DNA of 64,000 nucleotides, from positions 352,001 to 416,000 of the forward strand of contig CAWIGG010000005.1 of assembly GCA_963835575.1 (NCBI GenBank). Reading direction: 5' to 3'. The stretch's first letter is position 1; each line of letters begins with the position of its first letter. Made by a program: the position numbers and the translations under genes. The DNA comes from an uncultured Spirochaetota bacterium. GTDB lineage: Bacteria; Spirochaetota; Brevinematia; Brevinematales; JAOACQ01. Shown here one piece after another: positions 1-10,656 of the stretch. Under the pieces are notes generated by a model. That model saw only the letters and a program-made list of their open reading frames with translations, was not told the origin of the DNA and made no database searches.

Positions 1-286
1 ATCTTGAGATGTCTTAATTTTTTTAACAGCGGAATCTTTGCCGGGGCGCTTTTTATCCGGACCATACGGACGCCGTTTAATTCGGCCGACAAAGACCGGT
101 TCTTTTCATTATCAAAAAAGACGATCCGCGGATCAATTCCAAACATTTTTTTCATGTAAAAAGGGATCATCGCCGGGTCTTTATATATTAATGTTTCATC
201 AAATTCGAAAATATCAAAAATGACAGTGAAATTCTTTTTTACCATGCGACCTCTTAATATTTTTCAATTGACAAAGATAGGAGTGG

Positions 287-544
287 AACCACAGACGCCG
301 TGGTGAGCCTGTCGAACCATTGCACTGATTTCACAGATATCCATATAAATTATGACAGAAATAATATTTTTTTTACTAATAAAATTTGGAAAAAGTTATA
401 TAACCTCAAAAAAACGGGGAATAACCCTGTAATAAGTTTTTGCCTGTATGTTCGCGGATTGCCCTTAGTTCCTTTTTCCATGTTTATAATTATAACTTGA
501 TTTCACTGATACTTCCAAAATTATAATCTGTGTAATCTGTGGTT
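287..544. mobile_element. Internally deleted (MITE-like) copy of the GxxExxY element at 32509-33110
   Basis: Terminal IR aaccacaga...tctgtggtt. Bases ~445-535 align with ~32980-33066, including the first codons of the gene (MEKGTKGNPRTY vs MEKETKNDPRTY). Confidence 0.8.
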
Positions 545-554
545 TCGATTTATT

Positions 555-944
555 TTATTTTTTAATATGATCGATGTGTCTGATCCGGAGCGCGCTCCAG
601 TCGTCATCTATTGAAACGAGCGACACTCCCTCAAAATGGTACTGTCTGACGACCTCGCGGATCCTATCGCGGCTTAAATCCGATTTATATTTCTTTGAGC
701 TTCCTTTCGGATAGCAGATCCAGAGAAGCCCGTCCCCTTTGACCGCGTCGACTATCCTGCCCAGCTCTTTATCCAGCTCCGCCCTCATTAGCGCAAAAAA
801 CTGGATAAACTCGTATTTCCCCTGCGGTTTATTTTGAACCTTTACCGTCAAATCCTTAATGATATCCTTGCAGGCTTCGATATGTCCCGCTATAAGAATG
901 GGGTCCTAGCCTTTATACTGAAGCTTCTTCAATACCGGGTTCAT
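555..944 (-). pseudogene. Small conserved hypothetical protein (DUF3052-like) with in-frame TAG at codon 13
   Basis: ATG at 944 with AAGGAGGAG RBS. Reads MNPVLKKLQYKG*DPILI and continues in frame into ORF 555..851 (LWICYPKGSSK...IDDDWSALR motifs). Confidence 0.65.
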
Positions 945-1202
945 AAAAAAACTCCTCCTTGATTAATTAAAGCCGATCCCCATAATTACTCTTTAAAAAT
1001 TATAAACAATTTCTGAAATTTAATCAATAGCCTGTTTGTTTCGAAAAATTACTCAAAATTTCCACAAGTAAAAACAATTTATTTGTTTTTTTATCAAATA
1101 AGCCATGGTTTTTTGATAAAAAACCGGCAGTGGCATATAATATTACCGGATAGTTTTTTCAGAGCTCCCTATCAATAATATTTACATACAGAAGGTAAAA
1201 AA

Positions 1203-2303
1203 ATGGCTTTAAAAACGCCTTATTACTTGATCGATGAAAAAAAATTATTAAAAAGCCTGAAAAAAATAAAATACGTCAGGGACCATTCCGGGGCGAAGTC
1301 CATGCTGGCGCTCAAATGCTTTTCCACATGGTCTGTTTTCGGCCTGATGAAGCAGTATATGGACGGAACAACTTCCAGCTCGCTTTACGAAGCCAGGCTG
1401 GGACGCGAGAAATTCGGCAAAGAGGTCCATGGCTACAGCGCCGCCTTTTCAAAGGACGACATCAGGGAAATAAAAAAATACGCGGACAAGGTTATTTTCA
1501 ATTCCTATTCACAGTTAAAATCATTTTATAGAGATGTCAGAAGTTTAAAAATCGGGCTCAGGGTGAACCCGATGCTCAGCTATTCCCAATTCGACCTGGC
1601 GGACCCGGCGCGCCGCTATTCCAGGCTGGGCGTCACAGATCCGAAAGAATTGCTGAAAGCCGCGCCGATGCTGAGCGGCCTGATGTTCCACTTTAACTGT
1701 GAAAATAAGGACTTTGTTAATTTTTCGGACAATCTCGACATAATCGGAAAGAAATACTCGGAAATTCTCCATAAAATGGAATGGGTGAGCCTGGGAGGGG
1801 GGCTCTACTTTACTCAGGAAGGCTATCCATTGAACAGCTTCTGTATGAAGCTGAAGGAGTTCGGCGAGAAGTATAACGTCCAGGTGTACCTCGAACCCGG
1901 CGAAACGGCGGTCACAGAGTCCGCCGAGCTTGTCACGACGGTGCTGGACATCGTTCATAATGAAGCTGACATCGCTGTCGTGGACGCTTCCACAGAAGCG
2001 CATATGCCGGACCTTCTCATCTACAGGACGCCGGCGAAAATGGAGATGCCGAAAGGCAAGTTCAAGTATACGATAGCCGGGCGCTCATGCCTCGCGGGCG
2101 ATATTTTCGGCACGTATGACTTCAAGTCGAAATTGAAGCCCGGCAGTATCGTCCGCATAGCGGACGCCGCCGGCTATACCATGGTAAAAAAGAACTGGTT
2201 TAACGGTTTGCAGATGCCTTCCATAGCCGTTAAAAGGCTGAACGGAAAGCTGGAAACAGTGCGCAGTTTTGATTATAAGGATTTTATAAATAATTTATCG
2301 TAG
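1203..2303 (+). CDS. nspC: Carboxynorspermidine decarboxylase
   Basis: TPYYLID, ALKCF PLP lysine, SCLAGDIFG and YTMVKKNWFNG motifs; adjacent to the dehydrogenase. Confidence 0.93.
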   Translation: MALKTPYYLIDEKKLLKSLKKIKYVRDHSGAKSMLALKCFSTWSVFGLMKQYMDGTTSSSLYEARLGREKFGKEVHGYSAAFSKDDIREIKKYADKVIFNSYSQLKSFYRDVRSLKIGLRVNPMLSYSQFDLADPARRYSRLGVTDPKELLKAAPMLSGLMFHFNCENKDFVNFSDNLDIIGKKYSEILHKMEWVSLGGGLYFTQEGYPLNSFCMKLKEFGEKYNVQVYLEPGETAVTESAELVTTVLDIVHNEADIAVVDASTEAHMPDLLIYRTPAKMEMPKGKFKYTIAGRSCLAGDIFGTYDFKSKLKPGSIVRIADAAGYTMVKKNWFNGLQMPSIAVKRLNGKLETVRSFDYKDFINNLS

Positions 2304-2313
2304 GGAGGAAAAA

Positions 2314-3546
2314 ATGCGGAAAAATGTATTGATTATAGGCGCCGGCGGCGTTGCCCATGTGGCGGCCCATAAGGCGGCGCAGAATAACGACATCCTCGGC
2401 GATATCTGCATCGCGTCCAGAACGCAGAAAAAATGCGGCGCGATCATCGAAAGCGTTATGCGGAAAAACAGTATGAAAGATAAAACAAAAAAAATATACT
2501 CCCGTTCAATCGACGCGCTGGATATCAAGGCGACGGAAAAACTGATCAAGAACACAAAATCGGAAATCGTCATCAATCTCGGCCAGTCCTACATCAACAT
2601 GTCGGTGCTGGAAGCATGCATCAATACCGGCGCTGTCTATATGGACACAGCCATTCATGAGGAGCCCAACAAGGTCTGCGAAGACCCGCCCTGGTACGCC
2701 AACTACGAATGGAAACGCAAAGACCGCTGTAAAGCCAAAGGCATTACTGCCATCCTGGGCTGCGGGTTCGACCCGGGCGTCGTCAACGCCTATTGCGCGC
2801 TGGCCGTCAAGCATTATTTCGACACGATAGACACCATTGACATCATGGACGTCAACGCCGGGAACCACGGCAAATATTTCGCCACAAACTTCGATCCGGA
2901 GATCAACTTCCGCGAATTCAAGAAGGTCTGGACATGGATCGACAGGAAGTGGGTGGAGGAAAAAGTCCATTCGATAAAAAAGATCTACAATTTTCCCGTC
3001 GTGGGCGAAATGCCCATTTATCTGAACGGCCATGACGAGCTTCATTCCCTCTCGAAAAATATAGACGCGAACAGCATCCGCTTCTGGATGGGCTTCAGCG
3101 ACCATTATATCAACGTCTTTACCGTGCTGACAAAGCTCGGTCTCACATCGGAAAAACCCATCAGAACGGCCGAGGGTGTCGAGGTCGTTCCCCTCAAAGT
3201 TTTGAAAGCCCTTCTGCCGGACCCGTCATCGCTTGCCCCGAACTACACCGGCAAAACATGCATCGGAAACCTCGTCATAGGCAAAAAAGACGGGAAGGAC
3301 AGAATGGTTTTCATCTACAACACCTGCGACCACGCGGAATGCTACAGGGAAGTGGAATCGCAGGCCATCAGCTACACGGCCGGAGTGCCGCCGGTAGCGG
3401 GCGCGATGCTCGCCGCTCAGGGCGTATGGGACGTCAAAACAATGGTCAACGTCGAGGAGCTCGACCCGGATCCGTTCATAGAGCTTTTGAACAAGATGGG
3501 GCTGCCCACAGTGGTTGTGGAAAAGCCGGAGCCTCTGTTCAAATAG
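2314..3546 (+). CDS. Carboxynorspermidine dehydrogenase (saccharopine dehydrogenase family)
   Basis: GAGGVA Rossmann motif, GFDPGVVN, ATNFDPEINFRE, QAISYTAGVP; in an operon with nspC. Confidence 0.92.
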   Translation: MRKNVLIIGAGGVAHVAAHKAAQNNDILGDICIASRTQKKCGAIIESVMRKNSMKDKTKKIYSRSIDALDIKATEKLIKNTKSEIVINLGQSYINMSVLEACINTGAVYMDTAIHEEPNKVCEDPPWYANYEWKRKDRCKAKGITAILGCGFDPGVVNAYCALAVKHYFDTIDTIDIMDVNAGNHGKYFATNFDPEINFREFKKVWTWIDRKWVEEKVHSIKKIYNFPVVGEMPIYLNGHDELHSLSKNIDANSIRFWMGFSDHYINVFTVLTKLGLTSEKPIRTAEGVEVVPLKVLKALLPDPSSLAPNYTGKTCIGNLVIGKKDGKDRMVFIYNTCDHAECYREVESQAISYTAGVPPVAGAMLAAQGVWDVKTMVNVEELDPDPFIELLNKMGLPTVVVEKPEPLFK

Positions 3547-3674
3547 GAAAAGACGCAGGGTACTGCTATATGAGCTAGAGGCATAATTCCAGATACTGAA
3601 TTCAATGCAATGCGTTATTTATAATCTCATTTGTTGAAACCAATGGTTTTAAAGCCTTTTTAAAAGTTATCTTT

Positions 3675-4700
3675 TTATTTTTCTTGTGATAAAACACGAT
3701 TAATCATTGCTTCGACATTTTTATTGGCATTTATCCATATGATATGAACCGAGGGATACAGGTTTTTAAAAACCCTGAAAATTTCATCCGAAAAAGCCTG
3801 TCCTATCATCTTTATCCCTTTAAAATCCAAAATTACTTCCTTGAATTTTTCAAACCTCACGATTAATCTTTTAGCCTGAGACCTTGATATGAGCGCTTCT
3901 CCTTCATATTGAAGAAGTTCCACAGGTATAATCGTCTTTGAAAAACCAAAATCATCGATCGAAGTGAATTTTGAAAAAATCTCCTGCATAATTCTTTTTG
4001 AATTCCGGTTTATCTGCATGCATACCATAGTCCCGACTGCCGTCACTTTCTTTGATTCTACAAGCCAATCAATTCCATAGTAACTTGAGAAAAAAAAGTT
4101 ATGTGAAAGAATGGAAAACTTGTCAAACATTCTTGATGTAAAGAAAACCCCTTCTCCTGTATGGCTTTTCGGATCGGATGTCAACTTTCCTTTCGCCAGT
4201 TCAAGAATGGAATGTCTTTCATCTTCCAGTTGAAAGTCATCCTTGATTTTCTTGAAAATACCTATTCCGTTATCAAGGACTATAATTGAAATATCTCTTA
4301 TATTATACTCCACTTTTAAAATTGCCTGATCAGCTCCTGAATGATCGATAATATTGTTAAACATCTCGGTAAAGCCGTAATGACATATAACCCGAACATT
4401 TTCCGGTAACTGAGGTATTATGGCAAATATTTTTTCCCTCCAGACCCTGTCTTCCTCAATGTCTTGAGTCATTTCAATTTTAATAGAAGTGCTAAATAGT
4501 TCTTTCAGAGTATACTTTGTATTATTCGTAGTTCCGGAAGATTCAATAATTCCGTCTTCAATCAGACCTTTTATATGATGATTGACAGTCTGCCTGGTAA
4601 TATGAAAGCGCTCCGAAGCCTTTTTTATAATATGATCCAACCCGATATTTTGAATGATATATTCACGGATTGCTTTCCCTTTTTCTCTTATTTGCTTCAA
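3675..4700 (-). CDS. wHTH + HATPase-like + STAS-like (DUF4325) protein
   Basis: N-terminal HTH; EMFNNIIDHS, DNGIGI and GEGVFF boxes; C-terminal SRSQAKR...GQAFSDEIFR. Confidence 0.8.
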   Translation of the reverse strand: MKQIREKGKAIREYIIQNIGLDHIIKKASERFHITRQTVNHHIKGLIEDGIIESSGTTNNTKYTLKELFSTSIKIEMTQDIEEDRVWREKIFAIIPQLPENVRVICHYGFTEMFNNIIDHSGADQAILKVEYNIRDISIIVLDNGIGIFKKIKDDFQLEDERHSILELAKGKLTSDPKSHTGEGVFFTSRMFDKFSILSHNFFFSSYYGIDWLVESKKVTAVGTMVCMQINRNSKRIMQEIFSKFTSIDDFGFSKTIIPVELLQYEGEALISRSQAKRLIVRFEKFKEVILDFKGIKMIGQAFSDEIFRVFKNLYPSVHIIWINANKNVEAMINRVLSQEK

Positions 4701-4894
4701 AATAAGACTCTCCTATTGTCATATTATCTACTTTAGATAGTAATACTATCTTTTTGAATTGTCAAATTATCTATTATTAAGTAAAATATAGAATATGAAT
4801 CAAAGTGAGATTTCTCAGGGAAAAGAAAAATTTTGTCACAATAGACTGAAGGAAATTGAACCTTGCAGTAATAGCAATCAATATATTTATTAAG

Positions 4895-4922
4895 AAAAAG
4901 CCGGGGTTAATAAACCCCGGCT
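4895..4922 (-). terminator. Rho-independent terminator after the xylanase gene
   Basis: Minus strand agccggggtt-tatt-aaccccggct followed by a T run. Confidence 0.75.
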
Positions 4923-4983
4923 ATTCCTATTTTAATGGAATCCAATCCTATACGGCGGAAATATAACCAGCCGCATTTTCATT

Positions 4984-6774
4984 TCAGTAGAGTGTACAAC
5001 TTGTCCCGTTCAATGTAAACGCCACCGGTTTAGCGTTCGCGCTGCTGTAGCTCAGATTAAAGCCGAAGCCCTGAGTACCGCCGTTCGCCCCGATGACATT
5101 GTTATAACTCATGTTCTTTACCGTCACCGTCGCTCCGCTCTGTGTGTCAGCCGCGTTCCAGATTTGGGTGATCGTCTGATTCCCGGCGAACGTCCAGACT
5201 AATGTCCAGCCGTTTACAGCAGCCGCAGTATTATTCTTTATAGTCACTGAAACCGTGGCGCCTGCGCCCCAATCATTATTCACAGTATAGTTCACAGCAT
5301 ATCCGCCGCCGGCACTTGAAGCCGTACTTGAAGCAACGGATGCCGAACTCGAGCTGCTCGAACTCATTACAGATGACACAGCGCTCGAACGGCTGGAGCT
5401 GACCACTGAAGAAGCGGCACTGGACCGGCTCGAACTCGCCGCCGATGAAGCAGTGCTCGAACGACTGGATGAAACCGCAGAACTGCTTAATGATACAGAG
5501 CTGCTGGATACCGCCGAACCGGTTTCAACAAAAGTCGTTACACTCTGCGCGTCCAGGACGGCAGTAAACGAATTGTTTGTAACGGTAACTGTCCCGTCAT
5601 TATTGAGGCTTTTACTGCCCGAAGTGGTATACCTGGTCAAGTTTGTTACAGTGCCATTCTGAAAAGTAAAATCCTGGCTTACTGAAGAACTTCCCTGGTT
5701 AACCGCAACGATAACGACTTTACTGCCTTTGTAAGCGCTGATATAAACACCGGTTGAGGGGTTGTATGTCGCGTCTACACGCTGGTATCCCGGGCGGACA
5801 AATTTAGAATATTGGGCCATAATATATCCTTTCTTGTTAAAGCCACCGCCGGAGTTTATCAGGTTGCAGTTGGGCTGTTTTAAATACCACCAGACGTAAG
5901 CGTTCATATTGTCATCCATACAATCATTTATTTCTTTAGCCATGGTCATACAGGTACCGATATCATCAGGATCATAATAATGCTCGGTCATCCAGACCTT
6001 TTTGCCTTTGCTGATCGCATTGGTATAATTAAACGGGCTGGCCCCGTAGACATGCCCGCCGATATAAGCGATGTGGGACGCCGAAGTCGAATTGTTAAGA
6101 GTGGGATCGGAATAATTGACATCAAAATTATAGGCTTCAGGCATCATAACGCTCCCTCCGATATTCTGCGCGTTATTCTGGCAGAAAGTCTGAAGCTGCG
6201 CCGCAGTCCAGTTGCATGACTCATAATTTACACTGATGTTCGGTTCATTTTGAATAGATACTATATCGATATTGCCGAAACTGCTTTTTTCATTGCTCAG
6301 CCAGGCGGCATAAGCGGCATATGAGGATGCGTTTAAAGATCCCCCGATAGTATTGGTGTTATCTTTCATTGAAGCAGGCGGCGACCATACGCTGGCAAGA
6401 ATCACAGCTCCGCGGGCTTTCGCTTTTATCGAGTTGGAAATTTCATCATTGTCCGCTCCGCCCGGCCCGCTCGGATCGAAACGGATTCGGCAGATAGTAA
6501 GGCCCATCTGGCCGGTCCCGTTGCCGAAAGAAGCATCCATTTCAGCGTCGGATAATTGACCATTCCAGACGGTAGCGGCGCCGAACCCGTCAATGATCTG
6601 CTGTATTCCTGTCAAATTTACTGCCGCAGCGGCCCTGGTAACCGTACTGGCATTGTGAACTCCGGTATTAGTGTTATTACCTGCCTCTGAAGACGGAGCA
6701 TACGAGCAGGAAACCAGCCAGGTCAGTAAAATAAACACTAACAGAACAGGGGAAAAACCAAATTTTTTAATCAT
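4984..6774 (-). CDS. GH30 (glucurono)xylanase lipoprotein with Ser-rich linker and C-terminal CBM2
   Basis: Lipobox LVSC; IDGFGAA, WSPPA, QNEP and WMTE catalytic motifs, YVWWY; CBM2 pattern (NDWGAG, WTLVWTF, QIWNA). Confidence 0.92.
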   Translation of the reverse strand: MIKKFGFSPVLLVFILLTWLVSCSYAPSSEAGNNTNTGVHNASTVTRAAAAVNLTGIQQIIDGFGAATVWNGQLSDAEMDASFGNGTGQMGLTICRIRFDPSGPGGADNDEISNSIKAKARGAVILASVWSPPASMKDNTNTIGGSLNASSYAAYAAWLSNEKSSFGNIDIVSIQNEPNISVNYESCNWTAAQLQTFCQNNAQNIGGSVMMPEAYNFDVNYSDPTLNNSTSASHIAYIGGHVYGASPFNYTNAISKGKKVWMTEHYYDPDDIGTCMTMAKEINDCMDDNMNAYVWWYLKQPNCNLINSGGGFNKKGYIMAQYSKFVRPGYQRVDATYNPSTGVYISAYKGSKVVIVAVNQGSSSVSQDFTFQNGTVTNLTRYTTSGSKSLNNDGTVTVTNNSFTAVLDAQSVTTFVETGSAVSSSSVSLSSSAVSSSRSSTASSAASSSRSSAASSVVSSSRSSAVSSVMSSSSSSSASVASSTASSAGGGYAVNYTVNNDWGAGATVSVTIKNNTAAAVNGWTLVWTFAGNQTITQIWNAADTQSGATVTVKNMSYNNVIGANGGTQGFGFNLSYSSANAKPVAFTLNGTSCTLY

Positions 6775-6999
6775 ATCTATCCTCCTTTAAATTTAATATT
6801 CAGACATAGATGGAACACAGCCTGTGGAATGATTTAAGAAGTAATATTATAAATCCACGGTTAAAGCCGTATACAGTACCTGCTGTACGGTTTTTGCAGT
6901 ACTTACGGTATTGATTTTGAAAATCATTTGGAAATTCCAAAAAGTGGGACAGCCTGCGGCTGGCGGGAGCGATGCGCTGCGCGCATCGGCAGCAGGATT

Positions 7000-7378
7000 G
7001 TCCCCCGGCGGTGGGCAATGGCCGGAATTAATTTTTAATTTTCGTTCAATACAAGGTATTGAGCTTCCTTTATATGATACATGCCGCTTTTTTGCTCCGG
7101 CGGTTTGGGCTGCAGCCATTCGCGGCAGCACAAGGGTATCTCACCTGCCTCTTGAAAGATTTTTTTAATAAATTCTTTTTTTACATTCGTTTTGGTTCTA
7201 TTAATGCTGACAAGAGGCAGGTTCGGTCATTACCCGTGTTCAAGCCTGCCGCTCATGGGCAGCCCTACGCCGCTTCCGCAATAAGCTGCGAATCAGATAA
7301 TTTTCTTGTTTATATTGATGTTATGAGAAAAAATTAAAAATTAATTCCGGCCTCAGCAGGAAGAATCCGCCGGGGGAC
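7000..7378. repeat. Long imperfect hairpin element, family H1 (gtcccccggcgg...ccgccgggggac)
   Basis: Terminal IR with nested internal IRs; colinear homolog at 41370-41757. Confidence 0.85.
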
Positions 7379-7457
7379 GATGATGAAGAAAAATAATAAA
7401 AAATAATTATAAACGGACCTTGTTGCGACAGAAAGGAGGATGTTGTGATTCATTTCA

Positions 7458-7877
7458 TCATTTAAATCCGACGTGCGATAGAATTTTTTCGGCCAGGCCC
7501 ATATTTTCCATTTCCTTTTTCGAGGCCTCATAGGACGCGTCCAGGACCCTGCCGATCTTCTCATCGAAGTGCCAGTGCTTTTCCAGGAGGCCCGGTCCGT
7601 ATTCGCTTTTTATCTCCATGAGCATATAGGAGCAGAGATAAAGGTCGTCGATATACCCGGCGGGGCCGAAGATCGCCTCGGGGATCACGTCATAGGGCGC
7701 GATCAGGTAGCCCAGGACGGCGTAGATCTTTATCCTGATGCCGCTCTTCAGATGCTCCGTCAGGAGCTCGCACAAAAGCCGGAAAAATTCAGGGAGATAG
7801 AAAATGACAGAGGCGAAATCACCCTTGAAAGAGCCGATCTCTCCCTTTAGATATTCATAATAGTCTTTCTTTTTCAT
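7458..7877 (-). CDS. YkvA/DUF1232 family protein
   Basis: YLIAPYDVIPE...GYIDD motif. The MKKK start after GGAGG is preferred over the longer ORF start at 7949. Confidence 0.82.
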   Translation of the reverse strand: MKKKDYYEYLKGEIGSFKGDFASVIFYLPEFFRLLCELLTEHLKSGIRIKIYAVLGYLIAPYDVIPEAIFGPAGYIDDLYLCSYMLMEIKSEYGPGLLEKHWHFDEKIGRVLDASYEASKKEMENMGLAEKILSHVGFK

Positions 7878-7973
7878 AACGCCTCCCGCAGATAAATTTG
7901 AAAACGCGCTCTTTTGTTCCACAAGGGTCTTTCTTTTTTGTATGAACATAAAATCTATTAAAAAGAAAGCTCA

Positions 7974-8939
7974 TTATGCCGGCCCCAATGGAACATTTAT
8001 AACCACTTTTCCCCGTGCGTGTCCTTCGGCTAAATAACGCATGGCATCGGCGGTTTTTTCAAGCGGATAACGCTTCTCAATAACCGGCTTGATCCTGCCA
8101 TCCTCTACAAGCTTTGCGATAAACTCCAGGTCCTTCCGGTTTGACCTGGCCGAAAGAAAACGCATTTTCTTCGGGCCGAACGACATCAGCCGGCCGAATA
8201 AAAGGGACTTGAAAACCTGCCGCAAAGCGCCGCCGACCATGACATATATGCCGTTCCGGTTTAAAGTCCGCTTATAAGCGGACAGCGGATAATTTCCATT
8301 GACGGCCAAAATAAGGTCGTAACGCCTGCCGCTTCTGGTAAAATCCTCTTTTGTGTAATCAATGACATAATCCGCGCCGAGAGAACCCGCTTGTCCGGCA
8401 TTTTTTGTACTGCATACCGCTGTCACTTCCGCGCCGAAATATTTCGCAAGCTGGACAGCAAAGGTCCCCACGCCGCCGCCGCTGCCGACAATTAAAACCT
8501 TTTGTCCTTTTTGTATATTGCCTTTATCGCGCAATGCCTGCAGAGCTGTCATTCCCGCCATAGGCAGGGCGGCCGCTTCCTCAAACGATATCTTCGCCGG
8601 CTTCAGTATCAGCGCTTTTTCAGGGACCGCGGCGTACTGCGCGAAACCGCCGAATCCGTAAACAGCAAGGTCTCCGATCACTTCATCCCCGGGCTTGAAC
8701 TGCCGGATATTATTACCAACCAACTCCACCCTGCCCGCTACATCGGCCCCAAAAATCCTTCTCTTAGGCATGATCCCCATTCTCATCGAACGGTAATCCG
8801 CCGCGTTTAACGATACCGCGATTATTTTTATCAATACTTCGTCTTCGTTTGGAACAGGCTTTTCAACATCGCGATAAATCAATTTTTCAGGCGAGCCTTT
8901 TTTGTCATAGACTACCGCTTTCATCCTGTTTTCTTTCAT
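7974..8939 (-). CDS. NAD(P)-dependent medium-chain dehydrogenase/quinone oxidoreductase-like protein
   Basis: GADVAGRV, GSGGGVGTFAVQLAK, GHARGKVVI. Confidence 0.9.
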   Translation of the reverse strand: MKENRMKAVVYDKKGSPEKLIYRDVEKPVPNEDEVLIKIIAVSLNAADYRSMRMGIMPKRRIFGADVAGRVELVGNNIRQFKPGDEVIGDLAVYGFGGFAQYAAVPEKALILKPAKISFEEAAALPMAGMTALQALRDKGNIQKGQKVLIVGSGGGVGTFAVQLAKYFGAEVTAVCSTKNAGQAGSLGADYVIDYTKEDFTRSGRRYDLILAVNGNYPLSAYKRTLNRNGIYVMVGGALRQVFKSLLFGRLMSFGPKKMRFLSARSNRKDLEFIAKLVEDGRIKPVIEKRYPLEKTADAMRYLAEGHARGKVVINVPLGPA

Positions 8940-8975
8940 GATAATTCTCCAATTATTAGTATACTCAAATTATAT

Positions 8976-9055
8976 GCTCCTGGCAAGCCCATTTGCCGGG
9001 CCCTGCGTTGCGCTTCTCCGGCCTACCCACGGCAGGGCGAACCTGAGGAGCTCTT
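8976..9055 (-). other. Degenerate attC-like remnant
   Basis: ctcctggcaagcccatttgccgggccct...ttctccggcctacccacggcagg aligns with the internal part of the attC-like site at 15270-15427 and with 11515-11560. Confidence 0.6.
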
Positions 9056-9098
9056 CAGCTTCGAATAAAGCCCAATCATGCCTGCCGCTTTCACCCGC

Positions 9099-9677
9099 TT
9101 ACGAAACCGCCAGCACTCCCAGAAATGCCGCCGCTACGAAAGAATCCACCGCCAGCGGGACCATGCCGTTCCAGTACGCCGCCGTGCTGTCCAGACGGTA
9201 ATGAATCACGTAGCAGATCAAACCGATGACGAAGGCAATTAATACAAGGGCCGTCAGTGTTAGGGCGCGCCCCGTGCCGAAGCGCCCCGTGCCGTACAGC
9301 ACAACGACAGCGCATAGCTCCAGCGCCGCCCAGATATGGATGATGATCAGTTCCGACGTCACTACCCGGTGAAACGCGATGGACGTGACCGGAAGCAGAA
9401 TGAGAAATAAAGCTGTAATGCCCAGCAGGATGATCCATACCGGCACGCTCTTTGAGTTCTGTGAAAGCGAGCTGATACCGCCGGACATCAGCACAATCGC
9501 GGCCAATCCCGCGATAAAAGCGGCCGTGATAAAGAACCCGCCGCCCGGACCGGCTGATGCATCCGGCCGAAAGGAGACAACCCACCAGGCAAGATAAAAC
9601 AGGCTGCAAAACAAAAGCAGCAGATTTCCGAAGAATATCCCCCAGAGTGGGGTGGTGAAGTTATGGAAAAAGTTCAT
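9099..9677 (-). CDS. Hypothetical integral membrane protein
   Basis: About six hydrophobic segments, GGAGG RBS; preceded by a GTTAAAT core (9731-9737). Confidence 0.75.
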   Translation of the reverse strand: MNFFHNFTTPLWGIFFGNLLLLFCSLFYLAWWVVSFRPDASAGPGGGFFITAAFIAGLAAIVLMSGGISSLSQNSKSVPVWIILLGITALFLILLPVTSIAFHRVVTSELIIIHIWAALELCAVVVLYGTGRFGTGRALTLTALVLIAFVIGLICYVIHYRLDSTAAYWNGMVPLAVDSFVAAAFLGVLAVS

Positions 9678-9825
9678 AGCGGCCTCCAGTGATTATCGGA
9701 AAGATTTTAATTCCTATCGCTCGACTGTCAATTTAACGACGCGCAGAATGAAACTCCTTTTTATAATATCCGATTGTTCATGCGAATAAGCACGGATGCA
9801 GTGGAACTGTTTATTGAATCGCTTT

Positions 9826-10641
9826 CTAATTAGTAACAGGATAAAGAAAATTAGGATTGACTGGAATATAAGGTTCTGTATTAGAGATCATAGTTCCATT
9901 TTTTATATGATATGCTTTATTATTCTTTTCACAAAACTCAATCACCTTATAACTCAATTCGTTGAAGAATTCTACGTTTTTGAAATATTTTTTTACAAGA
10001 GGATTATAATTCAATTTTCCAAATATAATTTTGTCAACAAAAGAAATTGAATCCAATATTTCATCAAAATTCTGATTGATTATATTAGGTGTAGGATAAG
10101 GTTCAATACTAACCCACGTTTTAACGTTTTTTTTATGTAAATCATATAAACATTTTATTCTTTCTTTATATGGAGCGGAGAAGGGCTCATATTTTGCTCT
10201 GAATACTTCATTTAATGAAATGAGAGTAATACCAAACTCATTTCTATTATTAAGATTGGCTAAAGATAGCGGAAGCAGCCCTTTTGTCAAAGCTGTGCAT
10301 CTAATATTCCGCTGATTTAATAATTCTATTATTTTAATACTTAATTCCGATATTTCTTCATACTTATACATAAAAGGGTCTGTACTGAAACAAAGATGAA
10401 CAAATTTTATTTTTTTCTGATATTTAGGTATTTCAAGCTGTAAAAGATCAAGAGCATTGGATACAATTTTTGGAACAATCCAATCCTCATAGCATTTTAT
10501 TTTACCAAATCTTTTTGCCATCATCATAGCATAACAGGGGTAAAGGCAGCCATGGGAACATCCTTCAACATGGTTGATTGTATAATCACCGTATTCCACA
10601 CCGGTTTTATAAAGTAGTGTTTTTCTTTGGATGGTTTTCAT
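9826..10641 (-). CDS. Radical SAM protein (SplB-like/DUF5131-type), partner of TcmP
   Basis: GCSHGCLYPCYA cysteine cluster, STDPF, WVSIEP. Confidence 0.85.
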   Translation of the reverse strand: MKTIQRKTLLYKTGVEYGDYTINHVEGCSHGCLYPCYAMMMAKRFGKIKCYEDWIVPKIVSNALDLLQLEIPKYQKKIKFVHLCFSTDPFMYKYEEISELSIKIIELLNQRNIRCTALTKGLLPLSLANLNNRNEFGITLISLNEVFRAKYEPFSAPYKERIKCLYDLHKKNVKTWVSIEPYPTPNIINQNFDEILDSISFVDKIIFGKLNYNPLVKKYFKNVEFFNELSYKVIEFCEKNNKAYHIKNGTMISNTEPYIPVNPNFLYPVTN

Positions 10642-10656
10642 TTCATTATCCTTATA

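Noticed and set aside
5300..5520. Low-complexity repeat in the xylanase gene
   Set aside because: It is an ordinary Ser-rich linker between the catalytic domain and the CBM.
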